Below are positions 47,901-61,500 of a stretch of 64,000 nt of DNA, in pieces; position 1 is the stretch's first letter, and every line of letters starts with the position of its first letter. The notes beneath the pieces were generated by a model. The model saw only the letters and a program-made list of their open reading frames with translations, was not told where the DNA came from and did not search any database. The DNA comes from Macrostomum hystrix. Its lineage: Eukaryota > Animalia > Platyhelminthes. The stretch is taken from positions 18,352,001-18,416,000 of the forward strand of contig CATNEN010000038.1 in the NCBI GenBank assembly GCA_950097015.1, in the 5' to 3' direction. The position numbers and the translations under genes were made by a program.

Positions 47901-50715
47901 AATATCCTAAGTCGCGTGTTTGCTTTGAATTTCCCAGGAGCTTGGGAATTGTGAAACAACAGGTGTTCCTCTCCTTGGTCGAGAGTTCGAATTCAACTAA
48001 CCAGCTCCAGTGTCGAGCATCAGTGGCAAGTTGGACCAGCGCACCCAAATTGAAGTGTTTCCTGCTACATAGGATAGCGCAGCGGCTGGCGCAACGGTGC
48101 CTGAGTCCGTGCCATTGTCTGTCGCGACGGAACGATTGGCTGGCTGGCCGAACTTGGCGGACATAAAGGGCGCGATGTACTGCGAGAACGGGCCCGGCTC
48201 GTGTTCCTTCTCAAGGATTCTGATGAAGCCTGCAGCATGTTGAAGCAGGTGGAACATAAGTCACATGGAGTTCCTTAAACCCAACTAGCGCCAACCACTG
48301 CCTCATCCATTTCACACCCACTGGCTTTTTTCTGACACCCGCTACATCATCTGACACACACTGACCATCCTGATACCCGCTTTCTCATCTGACACACACA
48401 CTGACTATATGACACCCGCTACCTCATCTGACACCCACTACCTCATCTGACACCCACTACCTCATCTGACACCCGCTACCTCATATGACACCCACTACCT
48501 CATCTGACACCCGCTACCTCAACTGACATCCGCTACCTCATCTGACACACACACTGCATGACACCCGCTACCTCATCTGACACCCACTACCTCATCTGAC
48601 ACCCACTACCTCATCTGACACCCGCTACCTCATCTGACACCCACTACCTCATCTGACACCCGCTACCTCAACTGACATCCGCTACCTCATCTGACACGCG
48701 CACTGACTATCCTGACACCCGTTACCTTAGCTGACACCCACACTGACATCCTGACACCCGCACTTACTATCCTGACACCCGCTACCTTAGCTGACACCCA
48801 AAACATATCAACTTACTCTACAGCATGTATTGACACTATATAGGCGTGATAAAACACATGCTAAAACCTCACTTACCAAATAAAACCTAAGTGTACTACT
48901 ATAAGCTCTTCTGGTGTAAAATATGCTTATTTAATATAGTTTAGATTATATTTAGCAACACAAGTTCGTCACGCAGCTGCCTCGTGAACCAATTACTTAA
49001 TAGCTAGCTACCTGTCTAATTGCTCTAAACCTAGGACTGTGTGTTAGTCCTAGTATAATTATTTTCGGATATTTTAATATGTATTTTCTGTCTTGTAAAG
49101 ACGAATAAAGTGTCCACACTCAAAAGCTCAAAGCATCTAGCATCTAGCATATTATAGTGTGCTAGAATATGTACACAATGCAAGTGTTGAGAATTTTTTC
49201 GCCAACCTTTTATTCACCTGTAAGTGTCTAATTAAGTGTTTTTCTATCTCTCTCGCCAAATTCAGGCGAATGCTGAGCGAAACTGTGTTTTTGTGTGTTC
49301 AACTATATTCTAAGCGCTAGCACACACTCCATCAACCATTCTTCTCTCAGGGTCACGCAGCTAAAGAAGTAGACAACGGCACGATATTGTGAGAGACATT
49401 GTGAAAGAGTGGGTTTGAGATGAGAGTACTAGAGTGAGCGAGATTCGTGCTGCCTGACTGTACATTACTACCTATCTGTACTGCGGGTACTTTTTACCTT
49501 TCGTCATCAACTGCTGTCCTCAATATTATAAGTTGTTAAGCCATCCCAAATGCTTTTTCGCAATTAAAAATGCACAAAATTGTAATAAGGCTGTCTTTTG
49601 TTTAGACTTTAATGCGTTTGTATTGTATATTCATGGAGCGAGTGAGTGAGTGAGTAAGCACTTGAGTCCTGAGCTCAAGTTCAGCTTACGCTCGCGACCT
49701 GTACGTAACCTGACGATGAGAAAGTCATGGCAGATGTACATGGCAGTGCGCTTCCGTGTGCTATAGCAACTATACCCCTTTGGGGAGCTTAAACCTACAT
49801 GGAAATATCTGTGCAATTACGAAATCCCTCGATAATTCATTATACGCCCTCGATAGTTCATGCTATCCGTTGATAATTTGGACTATACCTCGATAAATAA
49901 TTTTAACCCCTCCATAAATCAAGCTAACCCCTCGAGTATCATTCTCGTTTGGCTGCTGCGGTCGACTGTGACTAAATCATTCTTGAGTATGTGTCCAGGA
50001 CTAAGAGTAAACATGAATATACACGTGCAAGGATAATTAGTGCATACCGTTGGTCGAGATGGCTAATTTGTTAACTTTATGCCCGTAGAAGAAAAACGAG
50101 AATTTTGACTGAACAGTCTAAAAAATGAAGAAAGGTAGATATTAGTTGGATAGGATTATATTTAAAAGTTACGCGAAAATTGTAATATTTTATTTACTAT
50201 TGATTCATTCCAGGTTGTGATGTTTCTCAAGACAACGTTGGTTGCGTTAAAAGCCGCGTTAAACTGATTGGCAAGTTCCTTATCACCAGCATGCGTTGCG
50301 ATGGACGTTATCTGATAGTACTTATCATCATCCTGTGCAGTGAAGGCATTATTTTTTTATCTGCTGAAGATAAATAATACTCAACTGCTATCAGGTCAGA
50401 TATTTCAAACCATGCAGAATTGGATGTATAACTAAACCTCACCCAGATTACATTCTTTCCAGTCGGCGCTTGACGTCTAAAAATGTTGTGCACTTCATCT
50501 GCCAAAATAAATGTGGTAACGGAACTTGCTGAAATTCATAAATAAAGCACACGATTTTTCGGATTCACATATGACGTGATATGAAAAAACAGAACAACGC
50601 ACATATTGTAAACTGCGAAAAAGCTAAGATAATGCTTACTGGCAACAGTCAATGTGCAATCTTTTAGGAAAATATACAGCACTAAACACAGAATAAAATA
50701 AAGTCCTGAATTCAT
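44915..50715 (-). CDS. Plexin-domain-containing (PLXDC/TEM7-like) type I membrane protein; exons 50715-50640, 50498-~50322, ~49786-~49710 (tentative), 48229-48002, 47509-47445, 47360-47273, 46787-46692, 46434-46286, 45175-44915
   Basis: Signal peptide MNSGLYFILCLVLYIF; GFIR...QYIAPFM...DNGT...VRW; SFQCVIF...LFHY; KAGVADVF; PSI domain CARLETCGHC...FNCSWC..QGNCST...SGC; TM helix followed by YGYRRPDS. Phases are consistent from exon 48229 onward. Confidence 0.85.
45503..45930. repeat. 59-bp minisatellite, ~7 copies, in last PLXDC-like intron
   Basis: GGTGGGAAATGCTCCTGTGGGAGAACCTCGCTGCGGGGAAAGATCCTGCGCGAAA[TG]ATC repeated. Confidence 0.95.
46542..46645. repeat. 18-bp intronic minisatellite (TGTGGTGCAGATTCTGTT)n
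   Basis: About 5.5 copies. Confidence 0.92.
46922..47180. repeat. 27-bp intronic minisatellite (ATCCTGTTGGACATTGCGTACAGCTAA)n
   Basis: About 9.5 perfect copies. Confidence 0.96.
47567..47626 (+). mobile_element. SINE 5' (tRNA-like head) fragment
   Basis: TAGCCTAGCG A box and GGTTCGATTCC B box. Confidence 0.7.
48310..48800. repeat. 19-bp intronic minisatellite (CTACCTCATCTGACACCC[AG])n
   Basis: Tandem units with degenerate edges. Confidence 0.9.
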
Positions 50716-51942
50716 ATTTTACTGAGCAGAAATATCTGTCGAAAGTGTATAATTTTACAGGCGGCTTAAAACTGCTTCAATAGTTTAAGTTGGTGCGAAA
50801 AAAACAGTTTAACAAAAACGTTTTGACGCTCTTGATACCATTTTATAAAAGTAAACTGTTAAAAGTATTGGTCTATGCCAAATAAGTAGGAAAACGAAGT
50901 GTGTCAATTGAGTTCTGCTGATTGAATTTTTACTTTATGGTGCTTATTTGTCCTTTCTTTTTATTTAAAAGTCATAAAATCTAAGAAACGAAAATGGAAA
51001 TTTCCACGACCATGTGACTTGTGTAATTGTGTCATCCTGTTTGAAAAAAAACTGAAAACGGTAGAATTTTTTTTGTGGCCAAATACAGACTGAAATATTC
51101 TAGCCGTAGCATAAACCAAACCCTCCCTGATAAACAGCCTCTTTGCTTAATAATGCTTCAACAAATACATTGCATTACATAGTAATATAATCTTTAATGA
51201 TCTTTTTAACTACTTATTTTCAATTTTATTTAGAATAAACAGTAAACACCATAAATATTTTATGCTTTTGTTCAATCCTTATTTGTGTATCAAATTCTAG
51301 TTAACCTATTATACTCTTAAATTATTTTATAGTTTTATAATTTAGTCTTTAAATGTTTAGTTGACACAATTGCATGGGTCAATCTATTTGTGCTTTAATT
51401 GCATATCTAATCTTAAGACCATTCCATTTTGTTTCACTAAGAAACTAGCTACTAGCTATATCTTTAAATTGACAAATAAAATTTTAATTCCTAGATATTA
51501 GATATTTCAACCAAATGTTCCTTAATAATGTCTTAGAGTATATACATATTAAGCATTTACTTTTATACTTGTATATTGTATCTTATATCTGTATCTGTTA
51601 TAATATTCTATTCTATTATAATGTATTAAAACATTTATTTTATACAATATTTGTAAGAAAAATCTTACATTACACAAATTTACAGATGCTGGAGTTTTGA
51701 AGCTGTCTGGAAATACATGATGTCTGGACTTTTCTTTTTAAGTAAGTTGTAATGAATGTAATACCCTTTTGCTCTCCTTCTTGAAATGCTTATTTTGATT
51801 TCAGTGACCTTATTTCTGACCTAATTTTGTATTGCTAATGCTTCTATTCATATTCTATTAAGCCAATTTTTTTCTGAAGCAGATTGCTTTTGCTTATAAC
51901 TGCAAGTGTAAATGTGAAAATAAAGAATAGGTTAAAAAATAT

Positions 51943-52474
51943 GGAAACAGTCCATTTCAGCGACATAACATTTTGGCGACAACCATTTTGGCGACAAGTC
52001 ATTTTGGCAACAACCATTTCGGCGACAATACTTTTGAAGCCGTGGAACAAATTTATTTTATTTATATCTATTTTTACTTTTATTTAAATCGAATAAAAGA
52101 AGTCACAAATCCGTCAAATCGGCAGAAGCGCGGAACAAATCGGCAACAAATGCACTGTGATCTCGATTAGATCTATAAGTTCAATTAAAAGCAAAAGACC
52201 TTACTGTCCCACAGGGGCATGAGGTTGACGCACATAGAGCGCGGACCAAACTGATCCAAACTCACTATTTATATTACATGTTAAAACAAATACTATAACA
52301 GGAATACATTAACAAGTAGGACAATCAAATACATTACGTACTCAATAAGCAAACACTATCAGATCCATTATTACTGCGGTTTCGATGTTTGTCGCCGAAG
52401 TGGTTGTCGCCGAAATGACTTGTTGCCAAAATGGTTGTCGCCGAAATGATTTGTCGCCGAAATGGACCGGATTC
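51943..52474. mobile_element. MULE-like MITE with 15-bp subterminal repeats, 9-bp TSD AAAAAATAT
   Basis: Left (CATTT[TC]GGCGACAA)x5, right inverted (TTGTCGCCGAAATG)x5; TSD at 51934-51942 and 52475-52483. Confidence 0.9.
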
Positions 52475-52591
52475 AAAAAATATCACTACTCCTACTGTAA
52501 ATTGTGCAAGCAATATGTTTCTCTTATCTTACATCAGCATTCAGTAATAACCTTTGATTTACTCATTGTACTTCTGTTTCCTACTTCACAG

Positions 52592-55500
52592 ATTTGTTCT
52601 TGATGGTGTTGCCAGTAATCACTAATTTATTTGCTTCTGCAATTGGACCAGACTTTATTGGTTGTGCAGCCATGTCAAACTTGTCAGTTCAACCCGTTGC
52701 CACGCCTGCTCATTGCTTCTATCGCTGCGCTCAACTTGGGTAACTAACTTACAATTGTTATCTAACTTCTTAAGTAACTCCTATCTTCTAAACAGTATCT
52801 AACTTTTGTGTATCTTCAATCTACCTCTCATCTCCCATCTACCTCTTTATCTCCCATCTATCTCCCATCTCCCATCTACCTCCTATCTCTAATCTACCTC
52901 CTATCTTTCATCTACCTCTGTTCCCCATCTACCTCTTATCTCCCATCTACCTCCAGTTTTCCATCTACCTCCCATCTCTCATCTACCTCCCATCTCTCAT
53001 CTACCTCCTATCTCTCATCTACCTCCTATCTCTCATCTACCTCTCTTCCCCATCTACCTCCAGTTTTTCATCTACCTCCCATCTCCCATCTATCTCCTAT
53101 GTCCTATCTGTCTGTTTATCTTTATCCGATGAGGCATCTCAAATATTTAATTTCCTATCTACTTGCCATCTCTCCTCTAACTTTCAGCTCCACTCTGTCT
53201 GCAATCTCGCACTTTTTTTCTCATTTCCATCTTGGATCGAAAGCTCTCAGTAAGGTTTTTTGTTTGGCTACATAAAAATTTCTGTTTCTAACACAGCGAA
53301 GCTATGCGTTTGCCGATTGCAGCCAAGCTCGAGTCCTGCTTCTTAGCAATGCGTCCTGCAACTGTGCCAACGAGGCGACGGTTGCTGGCCTGGCCTACTT
53401 AAAGGACAAGAAATATTGCCCACCGTAAGCAGCTTAGGGCCTGCATTAAATTTTTTTTCTGGAAGGCTATGTCTATATTTGGGTGGGTGCGGCGGCCTCG
53501 CCAAGTCCACGGACAAAATAGTTGTACACATCCTTGGAATAGCTTGTAAATAATACGACCTAAAAAAGTGCACTCTCTATGACTAGTTAATGCTGCCTTG
53601 TACGTTCATTCCTGCACACACTTATTCTAATGAAAAATGTTACAATTTGTAGGCATCTGGGCAGATGTAAGTCAGATCTGTGTAAAACACAGGCAGAAGC
53701 GCACTTTCTTAGACTGTGAGAGACATAGCCGGTTTATTGAGGCTAGGAAAGTTTTGCGCAAGTTTATGACACGTAAAGATGATAATAATATTTGAATAAA
53801 AATAATAAAGTAATATATTACGCCCGACCCTTAACGGGTCAGAAGTGCTGTCGACAGCAGCACAGCTGCAGCTATTGCGCAGCCTATTGCGAAGGCTGCG
53901 TACGGCTGTTCAGTCCATGGACTGGGGGGGGCACCAGACCAACCCTAAATTGCACCAGCTAATGCTGGAACATATTTTTTAGACGAGAGCAAAATTTTCA
54001 AGATTTAAGTGTCATTTATTATCCCGATCACGATTCCTAGAATCCCGATCACGATTCCTAGAATCCCGATCACGAATCCTATAATCTTAGAATCCCGATC
54101 ACGAATCCTAGAATCCCGATCACAAATCCTATAATCCTAGAATCCCGATCACGAATCCTAGAATCCCGATCACGAATCCTAGAATCCCGATAACGGTTCC
54201 TAGAATCCCGATCACGAATCCTAGAATCCCGATCACGAATCCTAGAATCCCGATAACGAATCCTAGAATCCCGATCACGAATCCTAGAATCCCGATCACG
54301 AATCCTAGGATCCCGATCACGAATCCTAGAATCCCGATCACGAATCCTAGAATGCCGATCACGAATCCTAGAATGCCGATCACGAATCCTAGAATCCCGA
54401 TCACGAATCCTAGAATCCCGATCACGAATCCTAGAATCCCGATCACGAATCCTAGAATCCCGATCACGAGATCAATCCTAGATTCCAAATCCTACAATAC
54501 CAATTCATAAGAAATGGCGACCCCAAATCCAAAATCATAACTCCTTGTTCCGAATCACACATTACAATATCTCTAAATTTCAGCTGTCCAGGTCGGCCCC
54601 AGTTGCTATGCGGATCTGATCAGTGGGCGGCAGTTTACTCCATCTCGGAGCAGCTTCCAAGCGGTCGAGTATTTGTTAGTCTAACCTCCGCGCTTCAGCT
54701 TGAACGGACCAGTCTTAACCTGGCGATTGAAACTATCGGCTTACCTGTCATTGATGATGGTGCGTCTCTATGGATTTGATGATGCAATAGTTGCAAAATG
54801 AATGTACTACTACATATATGACGAGGCTTTTTACACTAAATCTTTAGGCATAGCTACTCCCGCTGTTTACCCAATTGCAACGCTTTAGGACTAAACCGTT
54901 CGCCTCTATTCGTAATGTTTACAAACAATTAATATAGAAATGGAAAAATACAATTTGTAATCACCTTCCCTATTTAATAAATATTTCCTTATTTCCCTGT
55001 AAACCCATGTAAAATAATCATTTAAAACTATTTCAAAATCCCCATTCCTTTTTTTAACTTTTGGTCTATTGCTCTATGCTGCGTATATATTTGCATCGCA
55101 TTTAACGTTATCATATTTAATTAAAATTTATTTTCAGATACGCCAGAGTTCACAATTCAGCTGCATGTTCATGGCCTTTCAAAGCCTCTTAGCCAGCCAC
55201 TGATTCGTCGGGTTCCGATGCAAACCTTGCTAATTACGCTGGAACCTGTGTTCATTCACGCCGGGCCGCTTAATTTTAGTGAGTAATTTGCGTTACTTGT
55301 CTACTTGCAGTAGATCATACGGGTTTGTATAGTTGTTTTTTAATTAAACGATGGTGCTTGTTTCGCCATAAAATGAGTCAGCAATCATAGAGTTCATAGG
55401 CTCTTTTAAAAAAAGCTTAAAAATTACGGGCTCGTAGACCTTATTAATGGGAAGGTTATTTTAGGGGCGTTGTAGCCTAGTAGTTAAAGCGTCGGACTCA

Positions 55501-58500
55501 CGACTTAAAGATCAGGGGTTCGATTCCCGATTCAACTGGAAATATTTGCGTCCTATAGCGAGACACTCAGCCAGCTGTTAAATGGCTACCAGCATCAGCC
55601 ATAGGTAATTGAGGGTGGGTGTGGCGTCCCCCCAGTCCATGGACTGAACAGTCGTACGCATCCTTCAGATGCGACTGTGCTGTCGGCTGCACATCTGACC
55701 AAATTGGACCCAATTATTTATAGTGTATATTAAAAAATCCCTAATGCTAGCATCCAATTAGTTTTTTAAATTATTTTTTTTAAGTCATTACCAATGCTAA
55801 GCAGATGCATGGGATATCAAAATTGACTGACAGCTGTCACTGGATTGCACTATATATATATATTTGGATTCTCTATGGTCTTATGTTTGGCTCATACCTT
55901 AATAACAGCTTACTATATCTGCCTAAACATTATGCTGTGCGTGACTGGGCTTAATCCAGCTCTCCGCTAGATACACATATAAAATATATTTTTTATTCAT
56001 GGCTCTGCCAGTTGGGAGCTTTAGTTTGAGTGTCTGATGTGTGCTCAGAGGTGTGAACACACCTATTATCCCAGTGCTGATCAAGTTACTTTCTATCTAG
56101 CTTCTCTCTCTCTAAACTGCATCTTTGTTTCTGAATTTTACTAGCAGGTGAAGATCGATCAGCATGAATAGAAGTTGGGTTTTGTTAGTTAGAAAAAGCC
56201 TAAACAGCTGTTTTGTATACATTGCACGATTTTGTTTGTCTTATGGCCTTATTTCAACCCAAATCTTAGCTAAGCTGTTCATATTTGGCTCGACCTAATT
56301 TGGCATGCATCGCATTTCTACTTTTTTTCGCTCTCTCTTATTCCTAAGTCTTCCATTTCCATTTCTCCCTTCCTATTTCTTCTCATTCCTCCCATTTCAT
56401 TTCTTTCCATTTTTACCCTTTCCATTTCGCATTCCCATTTCTTTCGAATTCTCTCCCCTTTTCATTTTCCACTTCCCATTTATCCTCTTCCCATTTCTCC
56501 CCTTTCCCTTTCTTCCCTTCCCATTTCTCCCCTTTCCATTTTCCCGTTCCTATTTCTTCCCTTACCAGTTCTCCCCTTCCTATTTCTTCCCATTTCTCCC
56601 ATTTCCATTTTCCAGTTCCTAGTTCTCCCCTTCCCATTTCTCCCCATCCCATTTCTTCTCATTTTTCCCATTTCCATTTTCCAGTTCCTAGTTCTCCCCC
56701 TCCCATTTCTCCTCATTTCTCCCATTTCATTTCTTTCCATTTTTACCCTTTCCATTTCGAATTCCCATTTCTTTCGAATTCTCTCCCCTTTTCATTTTCC
56801 ACTTCCCATTTATCCTCTTCCCATTTCTCCCCTTTCCCTTTCTTCCCTTCCCATTTCTCCCCTTTCCATTTTCCTGTTCCTACTTCTTTCCTTACCATTT
56901 CTTCCCTTCCTATTTCTTCCCATTTCTCCCATTTCCATTTTCCTGTTCCTACTTCTTTCCTTACCATTTCTTCCCTTCCTATTTCTTCCCATTTCTCCCG
57001 TTTCCATTTTCCAGTTCCTAGTTCTCCCCTTCCCATTTCTCCTCATTCCCATTACTCCGTTCCCATTTCTGAATTCTTGCCTTCTAATTTTCCTCTGCCA
57101 ATCGCTTCCCAATGCCACATCTAACCACTTGCCCATCCCAATCGAGTGTTTCCATTTCAAACAGGCATTTTCAATCTTATCGTCTCTTCTGTCCCGATCT
57201 TTTATCTTTATTTGACTTGCCAGTGGGACAGAACGTAGCGCTGAGAGAGAGAGAGAGAAAGGGGAACAGACGCCTCAGGGAAATGAAATCAGGATTTCCA
57301 CTTCCTGCCTCTTCTCTTTTGCCTTACCCTGTCCGCTGCTCTCTCCTGCTCTCCCGCTGTCTCTGCCTCCTCTTCTTCTACTTGCTTCTCTTTACCTAGC
57401 TGCCTAAGAGAGTAAATCTCTTATCCTTTTTACTGCTGCTACTGCCCTCTCCCCCCGGTACCTCGTCTGGACTAAAAAACCAGTCCACCCTCTCTCTCTC
57501 TTCTCTCTTTCCGTCTTGCTTGCCTGAAAGCAATGGATCATGGAATTGAGTATATAGGCGAGCGAAGCTTATAGACTTACTCAGGGGCGAGGGGGTATTT
57601 CGGACTGTACGAAACCTCTTTTCTCAAATTCTAGCTCCCACGAGGCCTTCATTAATTATTTATTCCCGTTGCTAAGGCCTGAGGATAGAAAAAGCAAATC
57701 GTAGTGCAGATCCTTTTTTTCTCAATACGAAAGCCTCATCTGTCTTTATCTACGCTCCGTGCGTTTGTCCATTCCTTGGTCATAAATCTAATTTCAATGA
57801 TTGCTTGTTCTTTTATGTTGAGACAGCGAAATGGCTTGTGTCTTCGGTAAAAAAACTGATTTTTACGAGTCATGCTTCTTTCTCCTAGAATTAGTCACTA
57901 AGAGTTCCTTACCCGATTCTACTCGCTTACCCAATTCTACTAGCTTACCCAATTCTACTAGCTTACCCAATTCTACTAGCTTACCCGATTCTACTCGCTT
58001 ACCCGATTCTACTCGCTTACCTGATTCTACTCGCTTGCCCAATTCTACTAGCTTACCCAATTCTACTAGCTTACCCAATTCTACTAGCTTACCCAATTCT
58101 ACTAGCTTACCCAATTCTACTCGCTTACCCAATTCTACTAGCTTACCCGATTCTACTCGCTTACCCAATTCTACTAGCTTACCCAATTCTACTAGCTTAC
58201 CCAATTCTACTAGCTTACCCGATTCTACTCGCTTACCCAATTCTACTAGCTTACCCAATTCTACTCGCTTACCCAATTCTACTAGCTTACCCAATTCTAC
58301 TAGCTTACCCGATTCTACTCGCTTACCCAATTCTACTAGCTTACCCAATTCTACTCGCTTACCCAATTCTACTAGCTTACCCGATTCTACTCGCTTACCT
58401 GATTCTACTCGCTTACCTGATTCTACTCGCTTACCTGATTCTACTCGCTTGCCCAATTCTACTAGCTTACCCAATTCTACTAGCTTACCCAATTCTACTA

Positions 58501-61500
58501 GCTTACCCGATTCTACTCGCTTACCCAATTCTACTAGCTTACCCGATTCTACTCGCTTACCCAATTCTACTAGCTTACCCAATTCTACTAGCTTACCCAA
58601 TTCTACTAGCTTACCCGATTCTACTCGCTTACCCAATTCTACTAGCTTACCCAATTCTACTCGCTTACCCAATTCTACTAGCTTACCCAATTCTACTAGC
58701 TTACCCAATTCTACTATCTTCCTTTTACTAGCTTCTTCTAGATCAGATAATTTTTTTCTAGAACAGATGCCACAGTATTTTGATCAGAGTCTGCAACCTG
58801 CGTATTATCTAGATTCTTTCTAGCTCCTAGTTTGGGTCCAAAAAACGCTTCGCTGCACTGCAGAGAGTAGCATTGTCATCACAGACCATCACCCACCTTG
58901 TTTGCAGGTGTTACCATAGAGTCTGTCACCTTAGGCCCACTGCTCGTGGCCTCGACCGTCGACTGGCGCTTGTCCCAACCGGTTGCGCCTTCTCTTCCAG
59001 TTGTTACGGTGTTGCTAGGCAACTACAGCGAGATACCTGTTCAATCTGCTAATAATTCTTTAATTATGCTAGTTGAAAACCTTTTTGAAGAAAGGCCAAA
59101 TCTAAACTGCCTAAACAAATCCACGGATGATGGTTGGACTTCAATCGCACTTTTTACAATGATTGACAATAAGTTCGCGGCGTGTCTCAATTGGAGCACC
59201 GTTGGCTCGATCTCTGTGCTCAGCCAGTGGACATATCGAGTAATTAATGTGTTTAATGCTATTGGCGATCAAGATATTAGCGGCGTGCTCAAGGAATCTG
59301 ACTGCGATCGCCTGTGTTGCTACTTGGTGCGTATTAAAATAATTATCTTATCAGATGGCGAAATATAAACATCATAGTTACTCCCGCCGTTTACCTGCAC
59401 TTTAGTACGAAAAGCAACTAATACAACTGTAAAAAATTTCAGACATACTCAGCAGTCAAGCCTGGCCTAAGAGTTATTCAAATCACTGGTCCCAGCAACA
59501 CGACGGCTGCTATGATCGTTAACTTTGTCCCGCAGTTAGTTGCCAATGTAACTATGCGGTTGCTGGGCGGCGCTAACCATCTGCAGTCGGCTGCAATTGT
59601 ACTCGCCAATACTAGTTCAGTTTATCAAGTGGATTTCTTCTCGAATTTCTTCGGCGACGCAAATTTGAATTTGAATTTATTTCTAAATAAAAGAAGCATT
59701 TTTAACTTAACAAAATCTATATCGCACGATCCAAACTCGTGCTTGATCGCGACGAACTTCACAACCAGTCTACCTGTTGCTGGTAATTTCACTGCTCAAC
59801 TTTCAGTGTCCAACCATTACCAACAGCTGGCCAGTATTCCCGCTTTACATATTAGCGTCTATGGTAACCTAGCAACCGACAAGGCAGCTGTTATCGGCCC
59901 AGATGGTCTTGCAATTCCTTCGCTACTTGATGGTGCTGCTGCGGCTGATTACAAACTGATTGGCGATTTCGATACTGACACTCGATTCGACTGGTGGCTA
60001 ATGCGACTGCCTAGCAACTACAGCGTTGCGTTGCTAGGCAATATTCAGCTGATATCGCAGAACGATTCGGCTAGGCTGCTTATCGATTTTCGCGCGAATC
60101 CAGGGCGCCTTCTTTTAGTTTGCCGCCTGTCTAATCCAGCCTCTATTTTAACCGTATCCAAGCGACTCATCCTGATTGCCATGCCAACCGCTGGAGCCAG
60201 GATTGTTGGGTTCGAATCACGCATTGGTCAGTCCGGACTCGAACCAGCTGGCTGCCCTGAAATCAGCTCTCGAACTTTGCCGACAGACTGGTCGGGTCGA
60301 GTTTTAATCAGCTTAGCAACTGATTTGAATTGGCAGCCCCTGGATTTGCATATAGAAGTTAAAGTACACTTGTACTCGCACGCCTCCAAGGTTAATCAGA
60401 GTCTGTCAGCCGAGCGGTTAAATTCGACTCACTTTGCGGCGTGGCTGAGCATGCCGGAACTGACCGCCACCGGTGATGAAGATGACATTTTAAGTCTAAC
60501 AGCGGTTTCCTATTTTGGATCTGTTGCTAGCCTAACATCCGCTCAAGCTGTCAATGTCAGCACTGCTCCGAGCCTTGCAACAATGTCTGAGAACATTGAG
60601 TCCGTCATCTTGAGTCCTCCGGATGCTGGCAGTATTTATCAGCTCACAGTGACCTTGACCGCCGGTGCTTCTAAGAAACAATTGTCCCTCCTGTCTGTAG
60701 TTTGTCGACCAGAATGTCAGTCTTTTGTCAATAGTACAACGATTTCAAATAAGTCTGTGATTGCATTCCGTTTTTATTTTATCAACAATTCTTCAATCAG
60801 CTCGTCTGACTATGGCATTGTTTCGCTAATGTCAGCTGGTCTAGCTAGATCTCAAGTCGTCTGTGACAGCCCCAGTTACAATGCACAAGTGCTGCTTCGT
60901 AGAATCTATGTGAATCTTCGAAAATCAACTCCCGATAATACGATGGGTCCAAAGCTAGGCCACCTGCAGCTGTTATCCAGTGGGGATACCGATCCAGTTC
61001 TAATTGGATTCGCTGATGGTGAGAACGATCTCATATCTACGAGTACTTCTAATTTCTGCTGGCCTAAGGATCTGCTTGTGTTGTCTGCTGGCTGAGGGAT
61101 CTGCTTGTGGTGTCTGCTGGCTGAGGGATCTGCTTGTGTTGTCTGCTGGCTGAGGGATCTGCTTGTGTTGTCTGCTGGCTGAGGGATATGCTTGTGGTGT
61201 CTGCTGGCTGAGGGATCTGCTGTGAGTTGTGTCTGCTGGCTGAGGGATCTGGTGTGAGTGGTGTCTGCTGGCTGAGGGATCTGGTGTGAGTGGTGTCTGC
61301 TGGCTGAGGGATCTGGTGTGAGTGGTGTCTGCTGGCTGAGGGATCTGCTTGTGGTGTCTGCTGGCTGAGGGATCTGCTTGTGGTGTCTGCTGGCTGAGGG
61401 ATCTGCTTGTGGTGTCTGCTGGCTGAGGGATCTGGTGTGAGTTGTGTCTGCTGGCTGAGGGATCTGGTGTGAGTGGTGTCTGCTGGCTGAAGGACCTGGT

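Noticed and set aside
57831-58823. 330-aa mucin-like exon (PNSTSL)n
   Set aside because: 18-bp repeat; exon 55278 splices in phase to 58908 without it and no convincing splice sites flank it (cannot be fully excluded without RNA data)
61019-61095. Array expanded inside the polycystin-like exon, truncating the protein
   Set aside because: A phase-1 donor at 61018/61019 matches the phase-1 acceptor at 63069/63070, placing the array in an intron
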